Assembly (NCBI GenBank): GCA_964615775.1
Contig: CAZTQB010000001.1
Location: forward strand, 1-58,598
Source of the DNA: an uncultured Candidatus Saccharibacteria bacterium
GTDB lineage: Bacteria; Patescibacteriota; Saccharimonadia; Saccharimonadales; 2-12-FULL-41-12
DNA: 58,598 nt
Direction of reading: 5' to 3'
This document shows, piece by piece, positions 1 through 6,998 of this stretch. Numbering within the stretch: position 1 is the stretch's first letter; every line of letters starts with the position of its first letter. The notes below the pieces were generated by a model. The model did no database searches. It was given only the letters and a program-made list of their open reading frames with translations, and was not told where the DNA came from. The position numbers were made by a program, and so were the translations under genes.

Positions 1-133
1 CATCGGCATTTGTGCCAACAGGAAATACTAGGGGTGAGGCTGTATTTATAAGCTCTTTTGATTCAAGAGCGCTACGCAAAGAGCTCTGTTCTTTCAATAG
101 GTCTATCGGTGGCAGTATGGAGGAGTTATTCAT
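1..133 (-). CDS. Partial FtsK/SpoIIIE-domain protein (N-terminus only; runs off window)
   Basis: Not in the ORF track. My translation: MNNSSILPPIDLLKEQSSLRSALESKELINTASPLVFPVGTNAD. This resembles the FtsK LPP.DLL and LR..LES.E....SPL...G motifs that precede the P-loop. TGC-TATACT lies 7 nt upstream of the ATG. Confidence 0.55.
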   Translation of the reverse strand, partial: MNNSSILPPIDLLKEQSSLRSALESKELINTASPLVFPVGTNAD

Positions 134-178
134 ATTGTTTAGTATAGCAAGTATCGCTTAATGATTTTCGGTATACAG

Positions 179-233
179 CCATCCTAGTTTTACTAGGATG
201 GGACTTCGACTTTTCTTCCAGAAAAATCGAAGT
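179..233 (-). terminator. Two tandem hairpins downstream of the cargo operon
   Basis: CCATCCTAGT/ACTAGGATGG (179-201) and ACTTCGA..TCGAAGT (203-233) lie just past the stop at 236; U-tracts are weak. Confidence 0.45.
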
Positions 234-235
234 GA

Positions 236-550
236 TTAAAAACCTAGCCAGTAGCTTTCGGTATCGTCAGGGATGTTTTTATACTCTATGAACTTCTCGC
301 AGTCTTCCTGCTTTGCGCTGCGCTCAAAGATAAAGTAATCACTCTTAATATCTCCTGTTTTACCGCGTTGAACTCGTGCCTCACAAATCAAGTTCTTCTC
401 ATCTGTTTCGGCTTCTTTGCTCAGCTCACTCGCTACCTTGTCTTTATAGTATTGAGAGGTGTAATAATAGCCTCCGTAAGCACCACCAGCCAGTGCAGCA
501 ATAATAAAGGCGACGAGTACATATTTATTGATAGATACGGTATTTTTCAT
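236..550 (-). CDS. Hypothetical protein with N-terminal membrane anchor
   Basis: 104 aa with a hydrophobic N-terminal segment; last gene of a tightly packed minus-strand operon. Confidence 0.75.
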   Translation of the reverse strand: MKNTVSINKYVLVAFIIAALAGGAYGGYYYTSQYYKDKVASELSKEAETDEKNLICEARVQRGKTGDIKSDYFIFERSAKQEDCEKFIEYKNIPDDTESYWLGF

Positions 551-552
551 AG

Positions 553-927
553 TTAATAACTCGGAACAGGATTCTCTCTACAATCGAAATTACTTTTAAT
601 GTCCTGTTGATAGTATGCATCCAAGGATGCAGATGATTTAAGACCACTCCACGTACTGCTAGGCATGCCACAATAATGATAATAGGTACTGCCAAGCTTG
701 ATGACCAAATACTCGTTCACACTGTCATACCAAGCACCTTTTACAGTTGAGTCTGACTTGTCGAGTGGCTCAAAATTGCTAGCTGAAATATTTACTTTAT
801 CATCGCGGTATTTAACATTTACATAGCCAGAGCCAGGGGATGCAAAGATCGCATATAGTATAACAACACCTATTAGTATCGCGAGTCCGATATATACCCA
901 TGAATAGTTTTCTTTATGCTGTGTCAT
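553..927 (-). CDS. Membrane-anchored KTSC-domain protein
   Basis: N-terminal TM; C-terminal WYD...L.I....YYHYCGMP..TW..L..S.S...YY...IK..F pattern typical of KTSC; ATGA overlap with the upstream gene. Confidence 0.65.
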   Translation of the reverse strand: MTQHKENYSWVYIGLAILIGVVILYAIFASPGSGYVNVKYRDDKVNISASNFEPLDKSDSTVKGAWYDSVNEYLVIKLGSTYYHYCGMPSSTWSGLKSSASLDAYYQQDIKSNFDCRENPVPSY

Positions 928-1769
928 TTCGTTAGCGTAGCCTTTACGCGCTTAGAAACAAGGAAGTATGGGATCCAGATACAAGAAAAGATAATGGCTC
1001 GACCAATAGACCCACCTTGCTTACTCATCTCGCTATCGACATTTATGTTGTACTCGCTAAAGATTGAGCTTGCCCATGCGTAATCTACGACACCAAGAAC
1101 TATATTTGCCACCAAGAATGCGATAGCAACATGTTTGGCGAGTCGTTTATGCTGCGCAAGGAGCACAATTAACCAAATTGCTACAGCGGCTAGTGCTGCG
1201 AACTGGAAGACTTCAAACCATAGAGCAGGCATCATGGCCGCAACGAACCCGGGAGCTTGTGACCTTACAGATTCAATCTCGTTGAATGCGGATGGGTACG
1301 TAAAGATTTGAAAGATATTATAAATGATGGCAATACCTAGCCCGACAATAAAGTATGCCAGCCAGCCTTCAAGTCCGATCTTCTGATCGCGTCGTTGCTC
1401 TTTTGTCATTTTGTCGGGATTAGTGGTTTTTGTAAGGTAGGAATCTCCAGGCGACAATTGATTTTTTAGCTTTTCTGCTTTCGCATAAGTTTCGCCACGC
1501 ATATCTATCGCTTGATTGATAAAATCTAGCGCATCATCGTCATGTCCATTGAAGTAATGAACTAACGCCTGTAACTCATAAAGTTTATATCTCGCCGTAC
1601 CGATTTCGTCACTATATTGGTACTTTTCAGCTAAGGAATCGAGTCGTTTTTGAACTAGAGCCAGTAGTGCTTTATCTTTTTCGCGAGATGTTGCATCTTT
1701 GAGGTTTGCCTCGACGACTTTAATTTGTTCTATATAAGTCTGGCGAGTTTTTGAGTGTGGAAGCTGCAT
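924..1769 (-). CDS. Membrane protein: helical/TPR-like N-terminus plus DUF2569-like TM domain
   Basis: GLEGWL at the start and WIPYFLVSKRVKATL at the end of the TM domain match the DUF2569 pattern; start overlaps the upstream stop (TAATG). Confidence 0.65.
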   Translation of the reverse strand: MQLPHSKTRQTYIEQIKVVEANLKDATSREKDKALLALVQKRLDSLAEKYQYSDEIGTARYKLYELQALVHYFNGHDDDALDFINQAIDMRGETYAKAEKLKNQLSPGDSYLTKTTNPDKMTKEQRRDQKIGLEGWLAYFIVGLGIAIIYNIFQIFTYPSAFNEIESVRSQAPGFVAAMMPALWFEVFQFAALAAVAIWLIVLLAQHKRLAKHVAIAFLVANIVLGVVDYAWASSIFSEYNINVDSEMSKQGGSIGRAIIFSCIWIPYFLVSKRVKATLTK

Positions 1770-2161
1770 TATTCTAAATCTCCCCAGTCTCGCGAATCTT
1801 TATCTTTTGTAGCAGTCGCAGTACTCCCTTGAGGATTGCGACGCTTATTGAGAATGATAATACCGAAGATGAGGCATGGCACAAAAGCTAGCATGCTTCC
1901 GGCACCGAGTAGGAACAGTACGACATTCGAGATAGTCCGAAACATTGACGCATTGTCACTGCCGTTCAGTTCCTGTCCGCCTACACCTTGCGCTATGCTT
2001 GCACCATCCGAAAGACTTGGTGATGAAGTATCAGACACGGGCGCGGAGCCTGCAAGAATAAAGTTGATAATTGCATACAAAATAATTGATAATATGAGTC
2101 CGAGTGCTGGCCCGATAATCAAAAATATTGGTAGTTTCAGGCTTTGTTTTTGTTGCGTCAT
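1769..2161 (-). CDS. Two-TM hypothetical protein ending in RDWGDLE
   Basis: Start moved to 2161, where the ATG overlaps the upstream TAA (TAATG); two hydrophobic segments. Confidence 0.75.
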   Translation of the reverse strand: MTQQKQSLKLPIFLIIGPALGLILSIILYAIINFILAGSAPVSDTSSPSLSDGASIAQGVGGQELNGSDNASMFRTISNVVLFLLGAGSMLAFVPCLIFGIIILNKRRNPQGSTATATKDKDSRDWGDLE

Positions 2162-2829
2162 TACTCTAGGTCTCCCCATGTTCGTTTAGTGTCATCTGGC
2201 TGCTCGATATCTATAACTTCATCGTGTCGGGTTGCGTGTTTTTCGGCACGAGTAAGAGCATATGTAAACAGTAGTTGAATAACCAATGAGATGATGAGGA
2301 TAGTAACAAGCACAGGGAATGCTTGCCCGAGAGTCATGCCGAATATACCAATACAGATCATAAGTGCGACAACACCGAGTGCAAGGAAAAATGTTGTCAT
2401 ACCTGTCGAGGTATTGTCCTGTTCTTTAGATGCCATGTATTGCCATGGCGCAAGCACAACAGCATAGAGCCATAGGAGACTTGCCCAAAGCGGTGCGGAT
2501 GGCGAGCTTAACGCAATATCTGCGATGTAGTATGTCGAGACAGCGATAAGCCCATACGTATACGCAATACCCAGCAAGCCAAAGATGAAAAACAATACAT
2601 ATTTACGCTTTTCGGCAAAAGCAGCCGCTGGTGCGGCAAAGAGCAAGCTAGGCATAAGGAATAGACCAATAATCATCGCGCCAAACATCATATAGAGTAA
2701 GCCACCGATAAATAGTGACCACTCACCAGCGATCATTAGCCATATACCGCCAACAATTCCACCGAGTACGTTCAGTATGAGAATAGGAGCGCTTAGCGCT
2801 GTAATGAGACCGGTAAAGAATCGTTCCAT
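2161..2829 (-). CDS. Multi-pass membrane protein ending in RTWGDLE
   Basis: 222 aa, about six hydrophobic segments, in operon context. Confidence 0.8.
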   Translation of the reverse strand: MERFFTGLITALSAPILILNVLGGIVGGIWLMIAGEWSLFIGGLLYMMFGAMIIGLFLMPSLLFAAPAAAFAEKRKYVLFFIFGLLGIAYTYGLIAVSTYYIADIALSSPSAPLWASLLWLYAVVLAPWQYMASKEQDNTSTGMTTFFLALGVVALMICIGIFGMTLGQAFPVLVTILIISLVIQLLFTYALTRAEKHATRHDEVIDIEQPDDTKRTWGDLE

Positions 2830-2837
2830 ATTAACAC

Positions 2838-3377
2838 CTACGAACCCTGGCAGTATGTTGAACCGTTCTCCAGGAGAATGGTGATTGAGTAAGCACGCTC
2901 AGATGATGCACCATCGCAGTTTTTACCGACTGAATAAACGGCGATATCTGTTGTTGGGTCACCCTCACTAGTGAGAGCTGTAACCTGACCAAGACTAGAG
3001 GTTGAAAGATCGCTTGGAGCTGGAAGCTGTCCGCGATTAGTCGTTTGGAAGTTCAGTACATCAGTAGTCAAAACGGTAACGTCATTTTTACGGGCAGTAT
3101 CGCGCTGGCTCTTCTGTAATGCGGGAAGTGCAGCTTGTACCATCCAAACGATCAGTAAGCTAATAACGATGCCAATGACGCCCGTAACAATACCCGCTAC
3201 TGCCTTTTTGTGACCTTGTTTCTTGAGAGAGTTCACGCCAAGGATAATAGCAATAACACCTAAAGGAATGCCAATATACCATACGATAGAAGCAACGATT
3301 GCCAAAATGCCAAGTACTAATGCCGCCGTTGAGTGTCCTTGACCACCCGTCTGTTCTGTTTTGCTCGCTTCTGACAT
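2838..3377 (-). CDS. DUF4190-like TM hairpin fused to a type IV pilin-like domain
   Basis: N-terminal A.LVLGILAI...G..LG.IAIILG pattern, then ALPALQKSQRDTARKNDV..L......Q..NRGQLP, which resembles the alpha-1 helix of Saccharibacteria pilins. GAGG SD upstream. Confidence 0.65.
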   Translation of the reverse strand: MSEASKTEQTGGQGHSTAALVLGILAIVASIVWYIGIPLGVIAIILGVNSLKKQGHKKAVAGIVTGVIGIVISLLIVWMVQAALPALQKSQRDTARKNDVTVLTTDVLNFQTTNRGQLPAPSDLSTSSLGQVTALTSEGDPTTDIAVYSVGKNCDGASSERAYSITILLENGSTYCQGS

Positions 3378-3406
3378 GTCGTATGTTCCTCACTTTCTCT
3401 AAAATT

Positions 3407-3535
3407 AAAAAACGACAACCATTCTAGGTTGTCTAGGCCAAACAACAAGAGTCAAGCTCCAGTGTCTTTCGAATGGTTGCCGCTTTCAAAGCTTGACCAA
3501 GATCAAAAGACCTTTCGTGTTGTTTAACCTAGACA
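3407..3535 (-). ncRNA. Structured 5' leader / C4-like antisense-attenuator RNA with intrinsic terminator
   Basis: Nested stems 3430-3437/3528-3535, 3440-3446/3519-3525 and 3451-3458/3490-3497. Terminator hairpin 3414-3433 followed by a U-tract (3407-3412). Internal 3471-3481 is complementary to 3414-3424. TATAAT on the minus strand at 3542-3547. Confidence 0.6.
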
Positions 3536-3616
3536 TTCCCGATTATAGCTGTTAGTGGTCAGTTTTACTACATGCATCAGCTATTTATCAGTAAATATTT
3601 TTTTCGCGTTGCTTCC

Positions 3617-3709
3617 TTACCCGTTCTGGTTGATTGTAGGTAGAATGACGGTAATAATCTCGTCAGTTTCTTCTTGAGTTAATGGTCGTCTCTTCTTTTT
3701 TGAACTCAT
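3617..3709 (-). CDS. Possible 30-aa peptide MSSKKKRRPLTQEETDEIITVILPTINQNG
   Basis: ATG overlaps the TGA of the EVE-like gene (ATGA); below the ORF-track cutoff. Confidence 0.35.
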   Translation of the reverse strand: MSSKKKRRPLTQEETDEIITVILPTINQNG

Positions 3710-4128
3710 ACGATGAAATCCTCGATATATTCAATCAAGGCAGGATTAGTATCGAGTGAATTGGCCAGCCCTTGCGGTGCTGTAAATCCACGCTGCTTCA
3801 ACTCTTTGAGAGGGATAACCCCGTCCTCAGCTTCACCTAAAAGCTTCAAGCGAAAAATTCGTGGAAAGCTTTCGAGGTCTTTAGGGTAAACACCCCCAGC
3901 CCAGAATCGACGGTCATCAATTTTAGTGGCCATCGTAATATCGTCAGCCACCACTTCCAACTTATAAACTATTCCACCTCGCCCACGGGGAGGGATAACT
4001 TCGTATACATACACGAAATCACCAACCTCAAACTTATTGTTCGTTACCCAGTCCATTTGGCCATTAGTTTGAAGCGATGCCTCGGCATTGTAGGTTGCTG
4101 GATTTGATGCGATTACCCATGTACTCAT
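3706..4128 (-). CDS. Stand-alone EVE/PUA-like domain protein
   Basis: N-terminal TWVIASNP..Y...........W......EVGD.VYVY pattern of EVE domains. Confidence 0.6.
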   Translation of the reverse strand: MSTWVIASNPATYNAEASLQTNGQMDWVTNNKFEVGDFVYVYEVIPPRGRGGIVYKLEVVADDITMATKIDDRRFWAGGVYPKDLESFPRIFRLKLLGEAEDGVIPLKELKQRGFTAPQGLANSLDTNPALIEYIEDFIV

Positions 4129-4135
4129 AGTTTTT

Positions 4136-5065
4136 TTACCTCGCTAGTTGCAATGCACTACGGTTAATGTATTTATTGCACTCAGACACGATATACGAAG
4201 TGAGAAGACGATCAGAAGCCTCGGTGCAGTAATAAGAGAATAGCTCTGTTGGCTGGAGGGTCTGCTTCTCTGTGTATGATTTTACACGCTCTTGCATTAC
4301 AGGGTCTTTACCATAGATAGAGATAAGGTCACTTGTGAGCTTCGTTTTCGTGCCGTCATCAAGCGCCTTGAACCATATATGATGCAGGTACTCATGAGCA
4401 ACGACAACATCGAGAACATTGCCAGTCGTTCCTTGTTTTACGGTCAGTACGCCGTATGACCAGTTGCCAGCTGTGTCGATAAATGCTTGGTACTCACCGG
4501 CCTGTCCGTCAAGAACTTTGTTGTCATAACCAGCAACGAACTTTGTTTCAACCCACTTCATGTCAGATGCGCCGACCTTAGCTAAGGATGCGTTGATTGT
4601 TGCATCAGACTGTAGGTCTGGCTTGAACAGTGTATTGGTCTGTTGCACATTGATTCCTGCGTTAGCAGTAGATACTTGCGGATCAGGAATTACTACCGTG
4701 ACAATCGTGCCGACGATAATGCCAAGCCACATATAGGTACGAAGTACGTTGGCGCTGATCCTATTGAGCGGATTCTTCTTGCGGGACTTGAGCCAGATAA
4801 ACAGATAGCAAACGATAACGAGCACGCCCACATAAATCGACCACAATGCTCGTATATGATAGCCTTGCGGGCTATTCATATTTCCACCATCTACTATGGC
4901 ATTCCCAACGGTAATGGCAATAATAAACGCAACGAAGCCGATGATGAATGGCCAGCCTATGATCCAAAGGATAGCCGAAAGTACCCTGCGCTTACGGGAA
5001 TAAGTCTTTAGCTTATGTTCTGTCTTCTCGATTTTTTCAGTCTTCTCTTTTACTTCGGTCGTCAT
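4136..5065 (-). CDS. Membrane-anchored zincin-like metallopeptidase
   Basis: Three N-terminal TMs; AHEYLH (HExxH) with downstream TELFSY. Start set at 5065 (TATAAT 6 nt upstream). Confidence 0.65.
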   Translation of the reverse strand: MTTEVKEKTEKIEKTEHKLKTYSRKRRVLSAILWIIGWPFIIGFVAFIIAITVGNAIVDGGNMNSPQGYHIRALWSIYVGVLVIVCYLFIWLKSRKKNPLNRISANVLRTYMWLGIIVGTIVTVVIPDPQVSTANAGINVQQTNTLFKPDLQSDATINASLAKVGASDMKWVETKFVAGYDNKVLDGQAGEYQAFIDTAGNWSYGVLTVKQGTTGNVLDVVVAHEYLHHIWFKALDDGTKTKLTSDLISIYGKDPVMQERVKSYTEKQTLQPTELFSYYCTEASDRLLTSYIVSECNKYINRSALQLAR

Positions 5066-5100
5066 GGCTCGATTATACAATAAAAAGTATTATTAATTAA

Positions 5101-5271
5101 TCTCTTCACTTCACGTACTTGTTCATTATACGGGTCGAGCAAACGCATCAAGGTCGTATTCACCCCTGAATACGATTTTCTTTTAATTGATGTATTCAAG
5201 GGGAATCTCCACCTGTGACGCCTTTGCCATGCGACCCCGTCAGATGACTCCGTTACGTAAAGTAAAGGAGA
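5101..5271 (+). promoter_or_regulatory. Long imperfect hairpin 1, Frpo-like ssDNA promoter candidate
   Basis: Arm 5101-5173 is complementary to arm 5192-5271; ATTATA (TATAAT on the minus strand) at 5125-5130 falls opposite a mismatched segment; the hairpin directly precedes the first small gene. Confidence 0.65.
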
Positions 5272-5276
5272 ATATC

Positions 5277-5558
5277 ATGCACGTAGCAGAAGCAACACAA
5301 ACTGTAGCCACCGAGTATAACGGGTGGAGTAATAGAGAGACGTGGTTAGTGAACATGTGGCTCACTAACGACAGATGCTATTACGATGAGCTTTGTGAAA
5401 TCATCAAGAACTTCGATCTTGATGAGCAAGCAGAGGAACTTGAGCGATACGTCCGATTTATCACAGATACCGACAACAGTATCGGTATTGTGGGCGACCT
5501 GCTCAACACTTCTCTCGGTCGAATTGACTGGGTTGAAGTCGTCGCAGCGAACCAGTAG
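5277..5558 (+). CDS. Small phage/MGE-type protein with YNGWSNRETW motif (DUF7249-like)
   Basis: AAGGAG SD at 5265-5270 fixes the start at 5277; the upstream ORF extension runs through the hairpin. Confidence 0.75.
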   Translation: MHVAEATQTVATEYNGWSNRETWLVNMWLTNDRCYYDELCEIIKNFDLDEQAEELERYVRFITDTDNSIGIVGDLLNTSLGRIDWVEVVAANQ

Positions 5559-5563
5559 CGAAA

Positions 5564-5590
5564 TAGTCCCGAGCATGACTAAAACTGCTC
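5564..5590 (+). repeat. Pseudoknot repeat copy 1: TAGTC-CCGAGCAT-GACTA-AAAC-TGCTC
   Basis: S1 TAGTC/GACTA, S2 GAGCA/TGCTC; begins 5 nt after the stop. Confidence 0.85.
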
Positions 5591-5614
5591 AAACTAAGCT
5601 TTAAGGAGGCTGAT

Positions 5615-5812
5615 ATGCGTACAACTGTCATTAGTAAGGAAACAAAAGAACAAATCGAGCGCCATAGGCGGTTCTGGGTGCAAGTCGCAGAACAGCACGA
5701 CTGGTACACCGAGCCTTTCTACATCCAGGTATGGCTTGACGATAAGGGCGATGTAGCCGATAGCGTATCTCACATAGGTATGACATCGGACATCATAATC
5801 CCAAGTCTCTAG
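5615..5812 (+). CDS. Hypothetical 65-aa protein
   Basis: AAGGAGG SD upstream; array context. Confidence 0.8.
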   Translation: MRTTVISKETKEQIERHRRFWVQVAEQHDWYTEPFYIQVWLDDKGDVADSVSHIGMTSDIIIPSL

Positions 5813-5820
5813 CAGATGAC

Positions 5821-5847
5821 CGTCCTGAGCATGACGATAAACTGCTT
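5821..5847 (+). repeat. Pseudoknot repeat copy 2: CGTC-CTGAGCAT-GACG-ATAAAC-TGCTT
   Basis: S1 CGTC/GACG, S2 GAGCA/TGCTT (one G-U); begins 8 nt after the stop. Confidence 0.85.
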
Positions 5848-5886
5848 TTATTGTCATGTTGTACGGAACTGAGTGTGGTCGTGTAA

Positions 5887-6031
5887 GAGGCTTCCTCCCT
5901 CTGTCTTTTCATTATACGGGTGAACCACAAGCCCCAAGGTCGTTCGTCCCTTGGTAAACGTCAAGGGGCGCTCCACCTTGACCCTTGCGGATTCATCCCG
6001 AGCCCTTTTGACAGAGAGGCAGGAAGTCCTC
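5887..6031 (+). promoter_or_regulatory. Long imperfect hairpin 2, Frpo-like ssDNA promoter candidate
   Basis: GAGGCTTCCT..CTCTGTC pairs with GACAGAG..AGGAAGTCCTC. Shares TTCATTATACGGGT, CAAGGTCGT, TCAAGGGG and CTCCACCT with hairpin 1. ATTATA (5911-5916) falls in an internal bubble. Confidence 0.7.
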
Positions 6032-6053
6032 TCGATAAAGCAAGGAGGGTCTT

Positions 6054-6389
6054 ATGGACACCGAAACAATAGCAAACGAAACATCAGCAAAGATTGCTGC
6101 GTTGAATGACGCGGCACGCAGTAATGCTGCGAACTACATGGCGACACGAGGCATCATGTCGCTCGATGAAGTGACTATCAGTGAAATCTTCGTCGCCGTG
6201 CAGGACTTTAGCAAATTCACGGAAGACAACGATCCCTACGGCGAGCATGATTTTGGCTCGTTTACGGTAGCCGGTAACAAAGTCTTTTGGAAGATAGATT
6301 ACTACACACAGGACTTGTCTAGTGGGTGCGATCCGCTAGACCCGGGGTGTAGACGAGTTCTCACTATCATGTTAGCCGAGGAGTACTAG
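6054..6389 (+). CDS. DUF3768-domain protein
   Basis: IAALND..R, F..FTEDNDPYGEHDFG, FWKIDYY and RRVLTIMLAEEY are the DUF3768 pattern. Confidence 0.85.
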   Translation: MDTETIANETSAKIAALNDAARSNAANYMATRGIMSLDEVTISEIFVAVQDFSKFTEDNDPYGEHDFGSFTVAGNKVFWKIDYYTQDLSSGCDPLDPGCRRVLTIMLAEEY

Positions 6390-6403
6390 CTCCTCGGTTT
6401 TTT
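6374..6403 (+). terminator. Intrinsic-terminator-like hairpin with the stop codon in its loop
   Basis: CCGAGGAG-TACTAG-CTCCTCGG followed by TTTTTT. Confidence 0.6.
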
Positions 6404-6432
6404 AGTCCTGGGTAGGACTTATGAAACTGCCC
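6404..6432 (+). repeat. Pseudoknot repeat copy 3: AGTCC-TGGGTA-GGACT-TATGAAAC-TGCCC
   Basis: S1 AGTCC/GGACT, S2 GGGTA/TGCCC (compensatory relative to GAGCA/TGCTC). Confidence 0.8.
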
Positions 6433-6462
6433 GACAAAGTTTAATCCTAAAGGAGTTTAGAT

Positions 6463-6939
6463 ATGCATTACTTAGTACGATTGATAGTTGAAGCTGATAG
6501 CGCTGAAGAAGCGAATAGTCAGGCAGATTCCGTGATGATGGATCTCATCGAATGGAGAGAGTTTGACTGGTATCACACCGAAGCTGACGATAGCCGGTGG
6601 GAAGGTTGCTGGAAACCGATGCGTCTGAGCACCAAGAAAGCGCAAGCTATGGTACAGGATGCGATGCAAGGTCAACTTGCAGAGTTCAAGCAAACAATAG
6701 CGACTATCCGCATTATGCTAGACAGCTATAGTGACGAGCAGATATTTAACGAGGAGTTCCAGCAAGTGGATGGACACTACCTGTCTCGATATCAGTTCAG
6801 TCGAGCGAGCGGCTACCATGCGAATGCGTGCCAGCTTTTCGGTGAGGGTGGAGATTCCATCACGAGCCAGAAGCAGCTTGAATGGTACTTGAAAGATACC
6901 GCTAGATTATGGGTTGTCCAAGTAGACTGCCATAACTAA
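6463..6939 (+). CDS. Hypothetical 158-aa acidic protein
   Basis: AAGGAG SD; array context; no family recognised. Confidence 0.8.
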   Translation: MHYLVRLIVEADSAEEANSQADSVMMDLIEWREFDWYHTEADDSRWEGCWKPMRLSTKKAQAMVQDAMQGQLAEFKQTIATIRIMLDSYSDEQIFNEEFQQVDGHYLSRYQFSRASGYHANACQLFGEGGDSITSQKQLEWYLKDTARLWVVQVDCHN

Positions 6940-6945
6940 GCAGTA

Positions 6946-6972
6946 CGTCCTGAGCATGACGATAAACGGCTC
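6946..6972 (+). repeat. Pseudoknot repeat copy 4: CGTC-CTGAGCAT-GACG-ATAAAC-GGCTC
   Basis: Near-identical to copy 2; S2 GAGC/GCTC. Confidence 0.85.
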
Positions 6973-6998
6973 GATTTTTTTAATTTAAGGAGAATGTT

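Noticed and set aside
28-187. Long-range complementarity between 28-45 and 173-187
   Set aside because: The left arm lies in the FtsK-like coding frame and the match is short and gapped; probably chance.
5187-5276. 30-codon N-terminal extension of the first array gene
   Set aside because: It runs through the promoter hairpin; the strong SD supports 5277.
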